Source: a bacterium (lineage in GTDB: Bacteria > Zhuqueibacterota > Zhuqueibacteria > Zhuqueibacterales > Zhuqueibacteraceae). From it: 19,195 nt of DNA. The notes beneath the pieces are model-generated. The model was not told the origin of the DNA. It searched no databases and saw only the letters and a program-made list of their open reading frames with translations. Numbering within the stretch: position 1 is the first letter of the stretch; each line of letters opens with the position of its first letter. The position numbers and the translations under genes are program-made. Location of the stretch: assembly GCA_044869275.1 (NCBI GenBank), contig JBIOXB010000113.1, forward strand, positions 1-19,195. Direction: 5' to 3'. Shown piece by piece: positions 1 to 9,423 of this stretch.

Positions 1-73
1 CTGAGTCGCCAAAGCTGAACTTTCACCCTAATGATTGAGGCAACATATCGCAGCAAATCATAAGGAGATCAAC

Positions 74-976
74 ATGTCTATTCGACCAATCAAACGACTC
101 ATCAAGGCCAAGCCGACGCTCGAAGGTGCGGGCGTGCATCTGCGCCGTGCGTTCGGTTTCGGCAACACCTCTGACTTCGACCCCTTCCTCCTGCTCGACG
201 ATTTTCGTAACGAGCGGCCGGAGGATTATATGGCCGGCTTTCCGTGGCACCCCCACCGTGGGATCGAGACGATTACGTACGTTCTTGCCGGAACCGTTGA
301 ACATGCCGACAGTATCGGCAATCGTGGCGCTATAGCCTCCGGCGACATTCAGTGGATGACGGCGGGGAGAGGGATCATTCATCAGGAGATGCCAAAAGGT
401 GACCACAAGGGCCGAATGCACGGGTTCCAGTTGTGGGCAAATCTCCCCTCGGCGCTCAAGATGACGGCGCCCCGCTATCAAGAGGTGAAGTCCGCAGACA
501 TTTCGGAAGTCACTGACGACGACGGAACGAAAGCCCGCATCATCTGCGGAAGCTTCTGGGGCGCCAAGGGTCCGGTCGAGGGGATTGCCGCTGATCCTGT
601 ATATATCGATGTGTCGGTGCCGCCAGGCAAGAGGAAGACTCTGCCGGTTGAGACGAAGAGCCATGCATTTGCATACGTCTTTGCCGGCTCAGGAAAGTTC
701 TGCAATGCCTCAATCCCCCTTGCCGTGCCCACCGAAAGTGTTGGGTGGTTGGATACCTCGCCCCCTGTGGAGGCGGACAATCGTTCGCTCGTGCTTTTCG
801 ATCGTGGTGACGAGGTCACAGTGCAAGCCGGGGAGGAGGGCATCCGTTTTCTCCTCATTTCGGGAAAACCGCTGGAGGAGCCCGTGGCATGGTACGGCCC
901 GATCGTAATGAACACCCAAGAACAACTCCAACAGGCGTTCGAGGAACTCCAGCGCGGAACATTTTTGAAATCGTAA
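74..976 (+). CDS. Pirin family protein (bicupin)
   Basis: Pirin motifs DPFLLLD, HPHRGIETITY (HxH), QWMTAGRGIIHQEMP (HxE), QLWANLP and C-terminal YGPIVMNT. ATG at 74 follows RBS AAGGAG (62-67), so it is preferred over the ORF-track start at 35. Confidence 0.93.
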   Translation: MSIRPIKRLIKAKPTLEGAGVHLRRAFGFGNTSDFDPFLLLDDFRNERPEDYMAGFPWHPHRGIETITYVLAGTVEHADSIGNRGAIASGDIQWMTAGRGIIHQEMPKGDHKGRMHGFQLWANLPSALKMTAPRYQEVKSADISEVTDDDGTKARIICGSFWGAKGPVEGIAADPVYIDVSVPPGKRKTLPVETKSHAFAYVFAGSGKFCNASIPLAVPTESVGWLDTSPPVEADNRSLVLFDRGDEVTVQAGEEGIRFLLISGKPLEEPVAWYGPIVMNTQEQLQQAFEELQRGTFLKS

Positions 977-1021
977 GCGATGGATTGCGAGAGAAGGGGT
1001 CAAAACGTAAAAAGAAAAGTT

Positions 1022-1984
1022 ATGAAGATGAAACCAACGCTCGGCGGCATCCATCACATCACGGCGCTGGCCAGCGACCCACAAAGGAACATCGACTTCT
1101 ACGTTGGCTTTCTGGGTTTGCGCCTCGTCAAGAAGACGGTGAATTTCGACGCGCCGGACGTGTATCATTTCTATTACGGAGATGAGACGGGCCGGCCCGG
1201 CACCCTGCTTACATTCTTTCCGTTTCCGAATGCGGTGAAGGGTAAACGTGGCGTTGGAGAGACCACCGCGGTGGCATTCTCAATTCCTCCTGAATCGCTG
1301 GACTACTGGATTAGCAGGCTTGCATCCAATGCGATTGACTTCGAGGGCCCGGTGCAACGCTTTGGTGCGCAGGTGATCGGTTTCGAAGATCCGGACGGAA
1401 TGAAGATCGAGCTGCTCGCCGATGCTGAGGTGCGGGCAATTCCTGCATGGAGCGGAACGGAGGTGGAGCCTGCGCATGCCCTGCGAAGATTGCACGGTGC
1501 AACGTTCGCGGAATTGAATCATGAAATCACTGCAAAGTTTCTCATCGACACCCTTGGCTTCAAAGCTATGGCACAGGAGGGAGAGCGCTATCGCTATCGC
1601 ATCGGTGAGGGAGAAGCCGAGGCGAAGATCGATATTCTCCTCCAGCCTCAAGCAAATCCCGGACGGCAATCGGCGGGCTCGGTTCATCACGTTGCATGGC
1701 GCGTTGCCACCGACGATGGGCAACGAGAGTGGCAGGAGACTCTTGGGAAAGCGGGAGTATCCGTTACGCCCGTGCAGGATCGACAGTACTTCCGGTCGAT
1801 TTATTTTCACGAGCCGGGAGGTGTGTTGTTCGAGATCGCCACCGACGGGCCCGGCATGCTGATTGATGAGCCGGCCGCTGAGCTTGGCTCACATCTCAAA
1901 CTTCCGCCCTGGTTCGAGCCGAAACGCGAGCGGCTCGAGCGGAGGTTGATCCCGGTTGCACTACCAGAACGTCTCAGCAGGTGA
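1022..1984 (+). CDS. VOC/glyoxalase-family ring-cleaving dioxygenase (MhqO/MhqA/MhqE-like)
   Basis: Motifs GIHHITA, LVKKTVNFDAPDVYHFYY, SVHHVAW and DRQYFRSIYFHEPGGVLFEIATDGPG. Start is uncertain (ATG at 1022 or 1028). Confidence 0.9.
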   Translation: MKMKPTLGGIHHITALASDPQRNIDFYVGFLGLRLVKKTVNFDAPDVYHFYYGDETGRPGTLLTFFPFPNAVKGKRGVGETTAVAFSIPPESLDYWISRLASNAIDFEGPVQRFGAQVIGFEDPDGMKIELLADAEVRAIPAWSGTEVEPAHALRRLHGATFAELNHEITAKFLIDTLGFKAMAQEGERYRYRIGEGEAEAKIDILLQPQANPGRQSAGSVHHVAWRVATDDGQREWQETLGKAGVSVTPVQDRQYFRSIYFHEPGGVLFEIATDGPGMLIDEPAAELGSHLKLPPWFEPKRERLERRLIPVALPERLSR

Positions 1985-2099
1985 AAGACAAGAAACCTGC
2001 GGATGTGGTGATACTCTTGCTCGAGCATCAGAACGGCTAAATCCTACCCGAAACCCTACAATGCCATCCCGCAGGGATCTTGGTTGAATTGAATTTCCC

Positions 2100-2128
2100 T
2101 TGCAATCTCGTGATTTCTAAAGTATATT
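2100..2128 (+). promoter_or_regulatory. Putative sigma70-type promoter for the AraC gene
   Basis: TTGCAA (2100-2105), 17-nt spacer, TATATT (2123-2128), inside an AT-rich tract about 80 nt upstream of the ATG at 2208. Confidence 0.45.
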
Positions 2129-2207
2129 CTTGTGTTAAATTTTGTATTCTTGATAAAAAACTATACTGCTTATTTGTCCTATCGTTCAATAATCTGTCGA
2201 AGGAAGA

Positions 2208-3179
2208 ATGGACGTACTTTCCGATGTTCTCAACACCGTTCGCCTGCGTAGCGCGGTGCAATTCTGTACGGAGTTGACGGCGCCGTGGGGCCTCCGGGTG
2301 CCGGCGCAGAATGATCAAGCTGTATTTTATGTTGTGGCGCGCGGGAGTTGTTATCTTGAAGTGGAGGGTCATAAAGCGCTGGTCTCGCTGGTGGGCGGCG
2401 ATCTTGTGATGTTGCTGCACGGCAATGCCCATGTCTTGCGCGATCATCCTGATAGTTCAGCGGTGCCGCTCGCACGCCTTGCCAAAAAATGCGATCGGCA
2501 CGATGCCTGCCGCTCTTTTCAGCACGGCGGCGGCGGCTCACTGACGGCGCTGGTGGCAGGATCATTCCTATTCGCGAATCCTGCCTCGAAATCATTCCTT
2601 ACAACTTTGCCACCGCTCATTCATATTCACGGCGATCGTGGCCAGCTCGTGCCCTGGCTGGAGACCACGCTCAAGTGGATGGCCGCTGAGACGACTTCAA
2701 ATAGTCCCGGCGCGCAGATCATGGCCTCGCGCCTGACCGACATGTTGTTCATTCAAATCCTGCGCGCGCACATTGCCGAGCACGCCGGAAAAGAAAACGC
2801 CGGCGAGGAGAAGGCCGGCTGGCTGCGCGCGCTTGCAGATGCACATATCGGCAAGGCTTTTGAATTGATTCACGAACAGCCTGACCACCCATGGACTGTG
2901 GCCGAGCTCGCGGCACGGGTAAATATGTCGCGCACCGCATTTTCATTGCGCTTCGCGCATTTGGCCGGCCTGCCGCCGCTAGCCTATGTCACCAAGTGGC
3001 GCATGCTCAGGGCCGGCGATTTGTTGCATCAGGGCGCGGCAACCATTTCCGAAATCGCGGCGGCCGTGGGTTATGAATCAGAAGCTTCATTCAGCAAAGC
3101 ATTCAAGCGGGAGATGGGAGTAGCGCCGGGCGCGTATCGCCGGGAGGGGCAGAATGGCACGGTTGATGTTCATAATTGA
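2208..3179 (+). CDS. AraC family transcriptional regulator with N-terminal cupin domain (RclR-like architecture)
   Basis: N-terminal MDVLSDVL...APWGL...YVVARGSC. C-terminal double HTH: PWTVAELAARVNMSRTAF...PPLAYVTKWRM...IAAAVGYESEASFSKAFKREMGVAPGAYR. AGGAAG precedes the ATG. Confidence 0.92.
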   Translation: MDVLSDVLNTVRLRSAVQFCTELTAPWGLRVPAQNDQAVFYVVARGSCYLEVEGHKALVSLVGGDLVMLLHGNAHVLRDHPDSSAVPLARLAKKCDRHDACRSFQHGGGGSLTALVAGSFLFANPASKSFLTTLPPLIHIHGDRGQLVPWLETTLKWMAAETTSNSPGAQIMASRLTDMLFIQILRAHIAEHAGKENAGEEKAGWLRALADAHIGKAFELIHEQPDHPWTVAELAARVNMSRTAFSLRFAHLAGLPPLAYVTKWRMLRAGDLLHQGAATISEIAAAVGYESEASFSKAFKREMGVAPGAYRREGQNGTVDVHN

Positions 3180-3242
3180 ATGAATGAATTTACCCACGGC
3201 ACGTTGGAAGAAACCTCTTTAGGCTGTGCTTTTTTAGCAAAG

Positions 3243-3308
3243 AAATTCAAAATCCAAAGCACAAAGCACAAAACTACTCTTGGATTTTGTGCTTTGACAT
3301 TTGGGTTT
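3243..3308. repeat. Heptamer-periodic inverted repeat (REP-like hairpin)
   Basis: AAATTCA-AAATCCA-AAGCACA-AAGCACA (3243-3270), then TGGATTT-TGTGCTT-TGACATT-TGGGTTT (3281-3308). Perfect 12-bp stem between CAAAGCACAAAA (3262-3273) and TTTTGTGCTTTG (3285-3296). Confidence 0.8.
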
Positions 3309-3331
3309 CCGACTCGTTCGGGTTAGGTTTT

Positions 3332-6300
3332 ATGAATAGACCACATATTGACGCTGCGCTGCCGGATTCATTTCATCCCTTCACGGTACGCTGGTTTCAA
3401 TCTCGCTTTCGTGAGCCTACCGAACCGCAAAGGTTGGGCTGGCCCGAGATTCTGGCCGGGCGCAATACGCTCATTGCCGCGCCGACCGGATCGGGCAAAA
3501 CCTTGAGCGCATTTCTCGCTTGTATCGATCGTTTATTGCGCGCCGGGCTGGAGGGCAGCCTGGGCGCTGCCATTGAGGTGATTTATATTTCTCCGCTCAA
3601 AGCGCTGAGCAACGATATCCGGCGCAATCTCGAAGTGCCGTTGGAAGAAATTCGCGCATGCGCTCGGGAAGCCGGCCACGAGGCGCCGCAGATTCGTGTG
3701 CAAGTGCGCACCGGCGATACCACACCTTCGCAACGCCAAACCATGCTCCGGCAGCCGCCTCACATTCTGGTTACGACACCGGAATCTCTATACCTCTTGC
3801 TCACCTCGGCCAAGAGCCGTGACCTGCTGCGCACGGTGCGCACCGTTATCGTCGATGAGATTCATGCGCTGGCGCGCGACAAACGCGGCTCGCATCTAGC
3901 GCTTTCCCTGGAGCGTCTCGAAGCGTTGTGCCAGGTCCCGCCCGTGCGCATCGGCCTTTCGGCAACGCAACGACCGGTGGTAGATATCGCGCGTTTTCTT
4001 GTAGGCAGCAAGCATGTCGATTCTTCCGGAAATCCCGACTGCCGCATCATCGACGTCGGCCATCTGCGCGACATGGACTTGGCAATCGAAGTTCCGCCGG
4101 CCGAGCTTTCCGCCGTTTGTTCGCATGAGACGTGGGGAGAGGTCTATCAACGCTTGGCGGAATTGGTGCAATCTCACCGCAGCACGCTGGTTTTCGTGAA
4201 CACGCGGCGCATGGCGGAGCGTGTATGCCACCATCTCACCGAACGGCTCGGCCCGGGCAAAGTGGCAAGCCATCACGGCAGCCTCTCGCGCCAAATCCGC
4301 CTCGCTGCGGAGGAACGCTTGAAGGCGGGTGAATTGAAAGCACTCGTTGCCACGGCTTCGCTGGAGCTGGGTATCGATATTGGTTACATCGATCTGGTTT
4401 GCCAAATCGGTTCGCCACGGGCGATTGCGACTTTCCTGCAACGCGCCGGCCGCGCCGGTCATTCACTTGGCGTGGTGCCCAAGGCTCGGCTGCTGGCGCT
4501 GACGCGGGACGAGCTGCTCGAAGCCATGGCCCTCATCCGTGCGGTGCGCCAGGGCCGACTGGATCAGGTGGAAATACCGATTGCGCCTTTGGATATTCTC
4601 GCGCAACAAATCGTTGCCGCGGTGAGCTGTGAGGAATGGAAGGAGGACGCGCTTTTTGAGTTATGCCGCGGCGCCTGGCCATATCGCGATTTGCCGCGAA
4701 AAGATTTTGAGGCCCTGCTCGTCATGCTCAGCGAAGGCATTGGCCGCGCACATCGCCGCGGAGCATATCTGCATCGCGACGTGATCAATCACCGGCTTCG
4801 GCCCCGCCGCGGCGCGCGCCTCGCCGCGCTCACTTCCGGCGGCGCCATACCGGAAAATGCGGACTATCGCGTGGTGACGGAAAATGATCGCACCTTCGTC
4901 GGCACAGTCAATGAGGACTTTGCCATCGAGAGTCTGGCCGGTGATGTTTTCATTTTGGGCAACACTTCCTGGCGCATTCGCCACGTGCGCGGTGGCGAAG
5001 TGGTGGTCAACGATGCCAAGGGTGCGCCGGCAACCATTCCCTTCTGGCTCGGTGAAGCGCCGGGCCGCACGATCGAGCTTTCCGCCGAGGTTTCGAGCTT
5101 GCGCGAAGAATTGGCGCGCCGCGCCAGTGGCTTGGTTTCAGAAGGCGGCGCCATTCCGGCGGACGACACGGCCTGGCTGGAAAAAGAATGCGGGGCCCAT
5201 GAATGGGCGGCGCGGCAAGCCCTGCTCTACGTTGGCGCACAAAAAGCCGCCATGGGTTTGGTGCCGACGCAAAAGCAAATCGTTTTCGAGCGCTTCTTCG
5301 ACGAGATGGGCGGCATGCAACTCGTGATTCATTCGCCTTATGGCAGCCGCATCAATCGCGCTTGGGGATTAGCGCTGCGCAAGCGCTTCTGCCGCCAATT
5401 CGATTTCGAACTGCAAGCAAGTGCCGATGACAACGGCATCGTGCTTTCATTGGGGCCGCAACACAGTTTTCCCCTCGAGCAATTGTTCAAATTTCTTCGC
5501 CGCGACAACGCCGAGCACATGCTCACGCAAGCTTTGCTCGCCGTGCCCATGTTCCAGATTCGCTGGCGCTGGAACCTCACACGCAGCCTGGCGGTGCTGC
5601 GCCAAAATGGCGGCAAAAAAGTTCCACCTCCGCTGCAACGCTTCCGCGCCGACGATTTGCTTACTGCCGTTTTCCCGGCGCAGACCGCGTGCTTGGAAAA
5701 CCGGCCCGAGGAGATTGAAATCCCGGATCACCCGCTGGTGAAACAAACGGTTTATGATTGCCTGCACGAGGCCATGGATTTGCCTCGTTGGCTGCAGCTG
5801 GTTGGCGAGATTGAAGACGGCCAAATCGAGCTCATTGCCCGGGACACGCGCGAGCCGTCGCCTTTCAGTTACGAGCGGCTCAACGCCTACCCTTATTCGT
5901 TTCTCGACGACGCCCCATTGGAAGAGAGACGAACGCGCGCGGTGGCGACACGCCGAACATTGAATGTGCAGGAGATGCGCGATCTGGGCCGTCTCGATTC
6001 CGCCGCGATTGCGCAAGTACGCGCCGAGGCTTGGCCGTTGGTGCGCGATGCGGATGAACTGCACGATACGCTGCTCATGGTCAGGGCCTTGCCGGAAAAT
6101 GAGGGCAAAGATTGGATCAACTGGTTTCAGGAATTGGTGCACGCCGGCCGCGCCACGGTGTTGGTGCGAGATCAAAAACCGGCTCTCTGGATCGCGGCGG
6201 AATGCTGGCCGCTCGTGCAAGCGGCGTTTCCTCACAGTGTCGCCGTTCCACCGGTTTCGCTTCCCGATGAAATCGCCACGGAAGCAACGGCTGCAACGGC

Positions 6301-7732
6301 CTGGGTGGAGTTGATCCGCGGCCGGCTTTCCTGCACCGGCCCTGCAACCGCCGGCCAAATCGCTGCCGATCTCGGCATGGAACAATCCGAAGTGTGGCTG
6401 GCGTTGGAGGCGCTCGAAGGTGAAGGCTTTGCGCTGCGCGGGCGCTTTGTCGAAAACGATGGTGAAATCGAGTGGTGCGAACGCCGCCTGCTGGCCCGGA
6501 TTCATCGCTTGACGCTCGATAATTTGCGCCGGCAAATCCAACCGGTCGCGCCGCATGAATTCATACAGTTTTTACTCGAGCACCAGCACTTGACTCCGTC
6601 TACGCGCTTGCACGGTGAAAACGGATTGGCGGAAATTATTGCGCAACTGCAAGGTTGCGAAATTCCTGCCGCGGTTTGGGAAGGAGAGATTCTGAGTCGC
6701 CGCATGGAAAAATTTGAATCGAGCTGGCTCGATCATCTTTCGCTTTCCGGCGAAGTAGGCTGGGGCCGGTTGCAGATGCCGCGCCGGGCGGAGGTGGATT
6801 CGTACTATACCGGCACATGGACGCGCGTGGTGCCAATTTCACTGGTATTGCGCCGGGAGTTAGCCTGGCTCTTGTCAACGGCCAGGAAACAAAATGAGCC
6901 CCATATGGGAAGCAATGCCCGCCTGGTTTTGGAAACGCTCACCAATCACGGCGCGCTTTTTTTTGATGATCTCCTGCTGCTCACACGGCTGCTGCCCAAA
7001 CAGTTGGAAAAGGCGATCAGCGAGTTGGTGACGTTAGGCTTGCTCACTGCCGATGGGTTCGCCGCCCTGCGCGCCCTGCTCGTGCGGCGCCGGCCCGGCT
7101 ACGTCTCCACCGGGCGCCGGTGGGCCCTGCAAAGCAGCGTTCCCATTCGCGCTCATGCCCGTGGCGGCCGCTGGACCTTGTTTCCCGGGAAAATGGCAGA
7201 GGCGGTGCAAGATTCCAGTCTGGCGAACCATGAGTCAAACGACCGCGTGGAAAGCTGGGCTTTGCAATTGCTGCGTCGGTATGGTGTCATGTTTCGCGAT
7301 CTGCTCGCGCATGAGGCTCTCGCACCGAAGTGGCAATTTCTGCTGCCGGTCTACCGCCGCTTGGAAGCACGCGGAGAAATTCGTGGCGGCCGGTTTGTTG
7401 CAGGCGTCGCGGGCGAACAGTTTGCCGCACCCGAGGCGGTCGAGCATCTCCGGCGCGTGCGCGACCGGAAGGCGAACGGCGAATGGTTGGTGCTCTCCGC
7501 TTGCGATCCGGCAAATTTGTTTGGCATCGTGACGAGAGAAACCAGAGTTGCGGCTCTGCGCACGAATTTGCTCATCGTGCGGGAGGGTCGTTTGATCGCA
7601 TCCAGGCAGAAGGCTGAGGTGCAACTTCATGAGGAAGTCGAGCCGGGATTGGCTGAAGAGATGACGAAGGCACTGCAGCACGCGGCAAGGTCGAGGATTC
7701 ATCACCTGGTCTCGCAAAAGCTAATTGATTGA
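3332..7732 (+). CDS. lhr: ATP-dependent Lhr helicase (SF2), long form with C-terminal winged-helix/glycosylase-associated domain
   Basis: Motif I APTGSGKT, YISPLKALSNDI, TTPESLY, motif II IVDEIH, GLSAT, HHGSLS, ATASLELGIDIG and motif VI QRAGRAGH. C-terminal LLRRYGV...EARGEIRGGRFVAG..GEQFA...LSACDPANL. ATG at 3332 is preferred because the GTG at 3287 lies inside the hairpin repeat. Confidence 0.92.
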   Translation: MNRPHIDAALPDSFHPFTVRWFQSRFREPTEPQRLGWPEILAGRNTLIAAPTGSGKTLSAFLACIDRLLRAGLEGSLGAAIEVIYISPLKALSNDIRRNLEVPLEEIRACAREAGHEAPQIRVQVRTGDTTPSQRQTMLRQPPHILVTTPESLYLLLTSAKSRDLLRTVRTVIVDEIHALARDKRGSHLALSLERLEALCQVPPVRIGLSATQRPVVDIARFLVGSKHVDSSGNPDCRIIDVGHLRDMDLAIEVPPAELSAVCSHETWGEVYQRLAELVQSHRSTLVFVNTRRMAERVCHHLTERLGPGKVASHHGSLSRQIRLAAEERLKAGELKALVATASLELGIDIGYIDLVCQIGSPRAIATFLQRAGRAGHSLGVVPKARLLALTRDELLEAMALIRAVRQGRLDQVEIPIAPLDILAQQIVAAVSCEEWKEDALFELCRGAWPYRDLPRKDFEALLVMLSEGIGRAHRRGAYLHRDVINHRLRPRRGARLAALTSGGAIPENADYRVVTENDRTFVGTVNEDFAIESLAGDVFILGNTSWRIRHVRGGEVVVNDAKGAPATIPFWLGEAPGRTIELSAEVSSLREELARRASGLVSEGGAIPADDTAWLEKECGAHEWAARQALLYVGAQKAAMGLVPTQKQIVFERFFDEMGGMQLVIHSPYGSRINRAWGLALRKRFCRQFDFELQASADDNGIVLSLGPQHSFPLEQLFKFLRRDNAEHMLTQALLAVPMFQIRWRWNLTRSLAVLRQNGGKKVPPPLQRFRADDLLTAVFPAQTACLENRPEEIEIPDHPLVKQTVYDCLHEAMDLPRWLQLVGEIEDGQIELIARDTREPSPFSYERLNAYPYSFLDDAPLEERRTRAVATRRTLNVQEMRDLGRLDSAAIAQVRAEAWPLVRDADELHDTLLMVRALPENEGKDWINWFQELVHAGRATVLVRDQKPALWIAAECWPLVQAAFPHSVAVPPVSLPDEIATEATAATAWVELIRGRLSCTGPATAGQIAADLGMEQSEVWLALEALEGEGFALRGRFVENDGEIEWCERRLLARIHRLTLDNLRRQIQPVAPHEFIQFLLEHQHLTPSTRLHGENGLAEIIAQLQGCEIPAAVWEGEILSRRMEKFESSWLDHLSLSGEVGWGRLQMPRRAEVDSYYTGTWTRVVPISLVLRRELAWLLSTARKQNEPHMGSNARLVLETLTNHGALFFDDLLLLTRLLPKQLEKAISELVTLGLLTADGFAALRALLVRRRPGYVSTGRRWALQSSVPIRAHARGGRWTLFPGKMAEAVQDSSLANHESNDRVESWALQLLRRYGVMFRDLLAHEALAPKWQFLLPVYRRLEARGEIRGGRFVAGVAGEQFAAPEAVEHLRRVRDRKANGEWLVLSACDPANLFGIVTRETRVAALRTNLLIVREGRLIASRQKAEVQLHEEVEPGLAEEMTKALQHAARSRIHHLVSQKLID

Positions 7733-7746
7733 AGGAGGCGAGCAAT

Positions 7747-8046
7747 ATGCCGCAGTCTTATAATATTGAAGAGACGTCGCCACTGGCACATCTTATTGCG
7801 GAAATTGACGCCTTATAGGCTAAAATTAATGCATTAAGACCACTTCAAGATGCGATATGGGCGACCATTCAAGAAAAATTGCGCATTGAGTGTACGTATG
7901 ATTCCAACGCCTTGGAGGGAAGCACGCTAACCAAAGGAGAAACTTATTTTTTTCTTCGGGAGGGCCTGACCGTTGAAGGCAAACCATTCAAGGATTTTAT
8001 GGATGCGCGCAATCATGCCGAGGCGATTGATTATTGGAAGCTTTAG
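7747..8046 (+). pseudogene. Fic/DOC family protein remnant (N-terminal part only, internal TAG at 7816-7818)
   Basis: RBS AAGGAGG (7732-7738) and ATG at 7747. Manual translation: MPQSYNIEETSPLAHLIAEIDAL*AKINALRPL...TYDSNALEGSTLTKGETYFFLREGLTVEGKPFKDFMDARNHAEAIDYWKL*. This has the SNALEGxTLT motif of class II Fic proteins. No HPFxDGNGR catalytic motif was seen downstream. Confidence 0.82.
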
Positions 8047-8265
8047 AATTGGCGGATGGGGGCAATTTAGGTCCATGCACAGAGCTTGTGGCGCGCAGTC
8101 TGCTAAACACGCAACAGATCATCTGGCAAGATCTCAATGCGAATTGAAACGTTGGTCGTTACAGAGTTCAAACGTCGAATAAAACCCCCAAATTTGCAGA
8201 CAACTACCTATCAGCCGGATCAAAGATTCTATTTTGCCAAATAACAAGGAAAGGATGAACCCAGC

Positions 8266-9345
8266 ATGAAGTACGATTTAAGAGGTCTCCGAAAAAGTGC
8301 TGCACTTTTTCCAATCATACCGGCCCTTTTGGCTTTGATGATCTCCGCCTGCACGCAGCAGCAAGCACAAGGTGGATTTCAAATGCCGCCCATGCCGGTT
8401 GAAACGGCACTGGTGGCGCAGACCACGGTCATCGATCCGTTTGAGGCCGTGGGCACGATCGAAGCGGAAGACGCGATTACGGTCGTCTCCGAAATGGATG
8501 CGCTGGTGATTAGCCTGCCGTTTCGCGAGGGCGAGGCGATTGCCAAGGGCGGATTGATCGCGCAATTGGATGATACGCAATTGCGCGCGGAGGAACTTCG
8601 GGCGCTGGCGCTTCTCGAACAAAGCAAAGTGACTTTCGATCGCATTAAGACCATCTCCGACGAGGGCCTGGGCACGGCGCAAAGCCTCGACGATGCAGCC
8701 GCGGCGCGAAAAGTGGCGGAAGCCGACGTTGCGGTGATTCGCGCGCGCTTGAAAAAGACGCGTATCGTGGCGCCGTTTGCCGGCATTGCCGGGGCGCGGC
8801 GTGTGAGCCCGGGAGCGTTCGTGCGCGCGGGTTCGCCGATCACCGACTTGGCGCAGATTCAGCAACTGCGCGTGACTTTTTCCGCGCCCGAACGATTCTA
8901 TGGGCAATTGCAGCGCGGCGCGGAGGTGAAAGTTTCCACCACGGCTTACCCGGACGAAGAGTTGATCGGCAAGGTACAAGTCATCGATCCGATCGTGGAT
9001 CTCGGCACGCGGCGCGTGAAAGTGATCGCGCGCCTCGACAATCAGGGCGGCAAATTTAGGCCGGGGATGTCCGCAAATGTCACCGTGGTTTTGGGCGAAC
9101 GCCCAAATGCTTTGACCATCCCCAGCGAAGCGGTTTTCGTCGAGGGCAGCCAAGCGCTGGTCTTCATCATTCAAGCCGACAGTACGGTAGCCAGAACCCC
9201 GGTGGAGCTGGGGACGCGCTTGCGCGAGAAAGTGGAAGTGCTCAACGGGCTTGCGGCCGGCACGATGGTGGTGCGCGCCGGCCATCAAAAACTTTTTCCC
9301 GGCGCGAAGGTGATGCCGATTTCGACCATGCCGCAACAAAATTAG
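8266..9345 (+). CDS. RND efflux periplasmic adaptor (membrane fusion protein), probable lipoprotein
   Basis: Signal peptide with lipobox-like ISAC. Motifs EAVGTIEA, RIVAPFAG, FRPGMSA, ALTIPSEAV and VEVLNGL...VVRAGHQKL. Confidence 0.93.
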   Translation: MKYDLRGLRKSAALFPIIPALLALMISACTQQQAQGGFQMPPMPVETALVAQTTVIDPFEAVGTIEAEDAITVVSEMDALVISLPFREGEAIAKGGLIAQLDDTQLRAEELRALALLEQSKVTFDRIKTISDEGLGTAQSLDDAAAARKVAEADVAVIRARLKKTRIVAPFAGIAGARRVSPGAFVRAGSPITDLAQIQQLRVTFSAPERFYGQLQRGAEVKVSTTAYPDEELIGKVQVIDPIVDLGTRRVKVIARLDNQGGKFRPGMSANVTVVLGERPNALTIPSEAVFVEGSQALVFIIQADSTVARTPVELGTRLREKVEVLNGLAAGTMVVRAGHQKLFPGAKVMPISTMPQQN

Positions 9346-9357
9346 CAATTTTTTGGG

Positions 9358-9423
9358 GAACCGCGAATGATCGCTAATCAGCGCGAATGCAGAATTCACG
9401 AGTATTCGCGTTCATTCGCGGTT
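9358..9423. repeat. Left palindromic repeat of the GxxExxY cassette
   Basis: AACCGCGAATGA (9359-9370) pairs perfectly with TCATTCGCGGTT (9412-9423). Inner CGCGAAT (9382-9388) pairs with ATTCGCG (9404-9410). Confidence 0.9.

Noticed and set aside
2066..2085. Intrinsic terminator ATCCC-GCA-GGGAT after the first dioxygenase
   Set aside because: The 5-bp stem with a poor U-tract is too weak to call.
2037..2447. Divergent target gene of the AraC regulator
   Set aside because: It overlaps the AraC coding region and the AT-rich promoter tract, and the translation is not protein-like.
7816..7818. Amber read-through (pyrrolysine or recoding) in the Fic remnant
   Set aside because: The frame is truncated before the catalytic motif anyway, and TAG is used as a normal stop at 9343-9345.
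7973..8182. 69-aa ORF
   Set aside because: It is an off-frame overlap of the Fic remnant with no recognisable features.
8278..9399. Long minus-strand ORFs (also 23-664, 5447-6556, 9919-10797, 11539-12750)
   Set aside because: They are antisense shadows of well-supported GC-rich + strand genes and have no motifs of their own.
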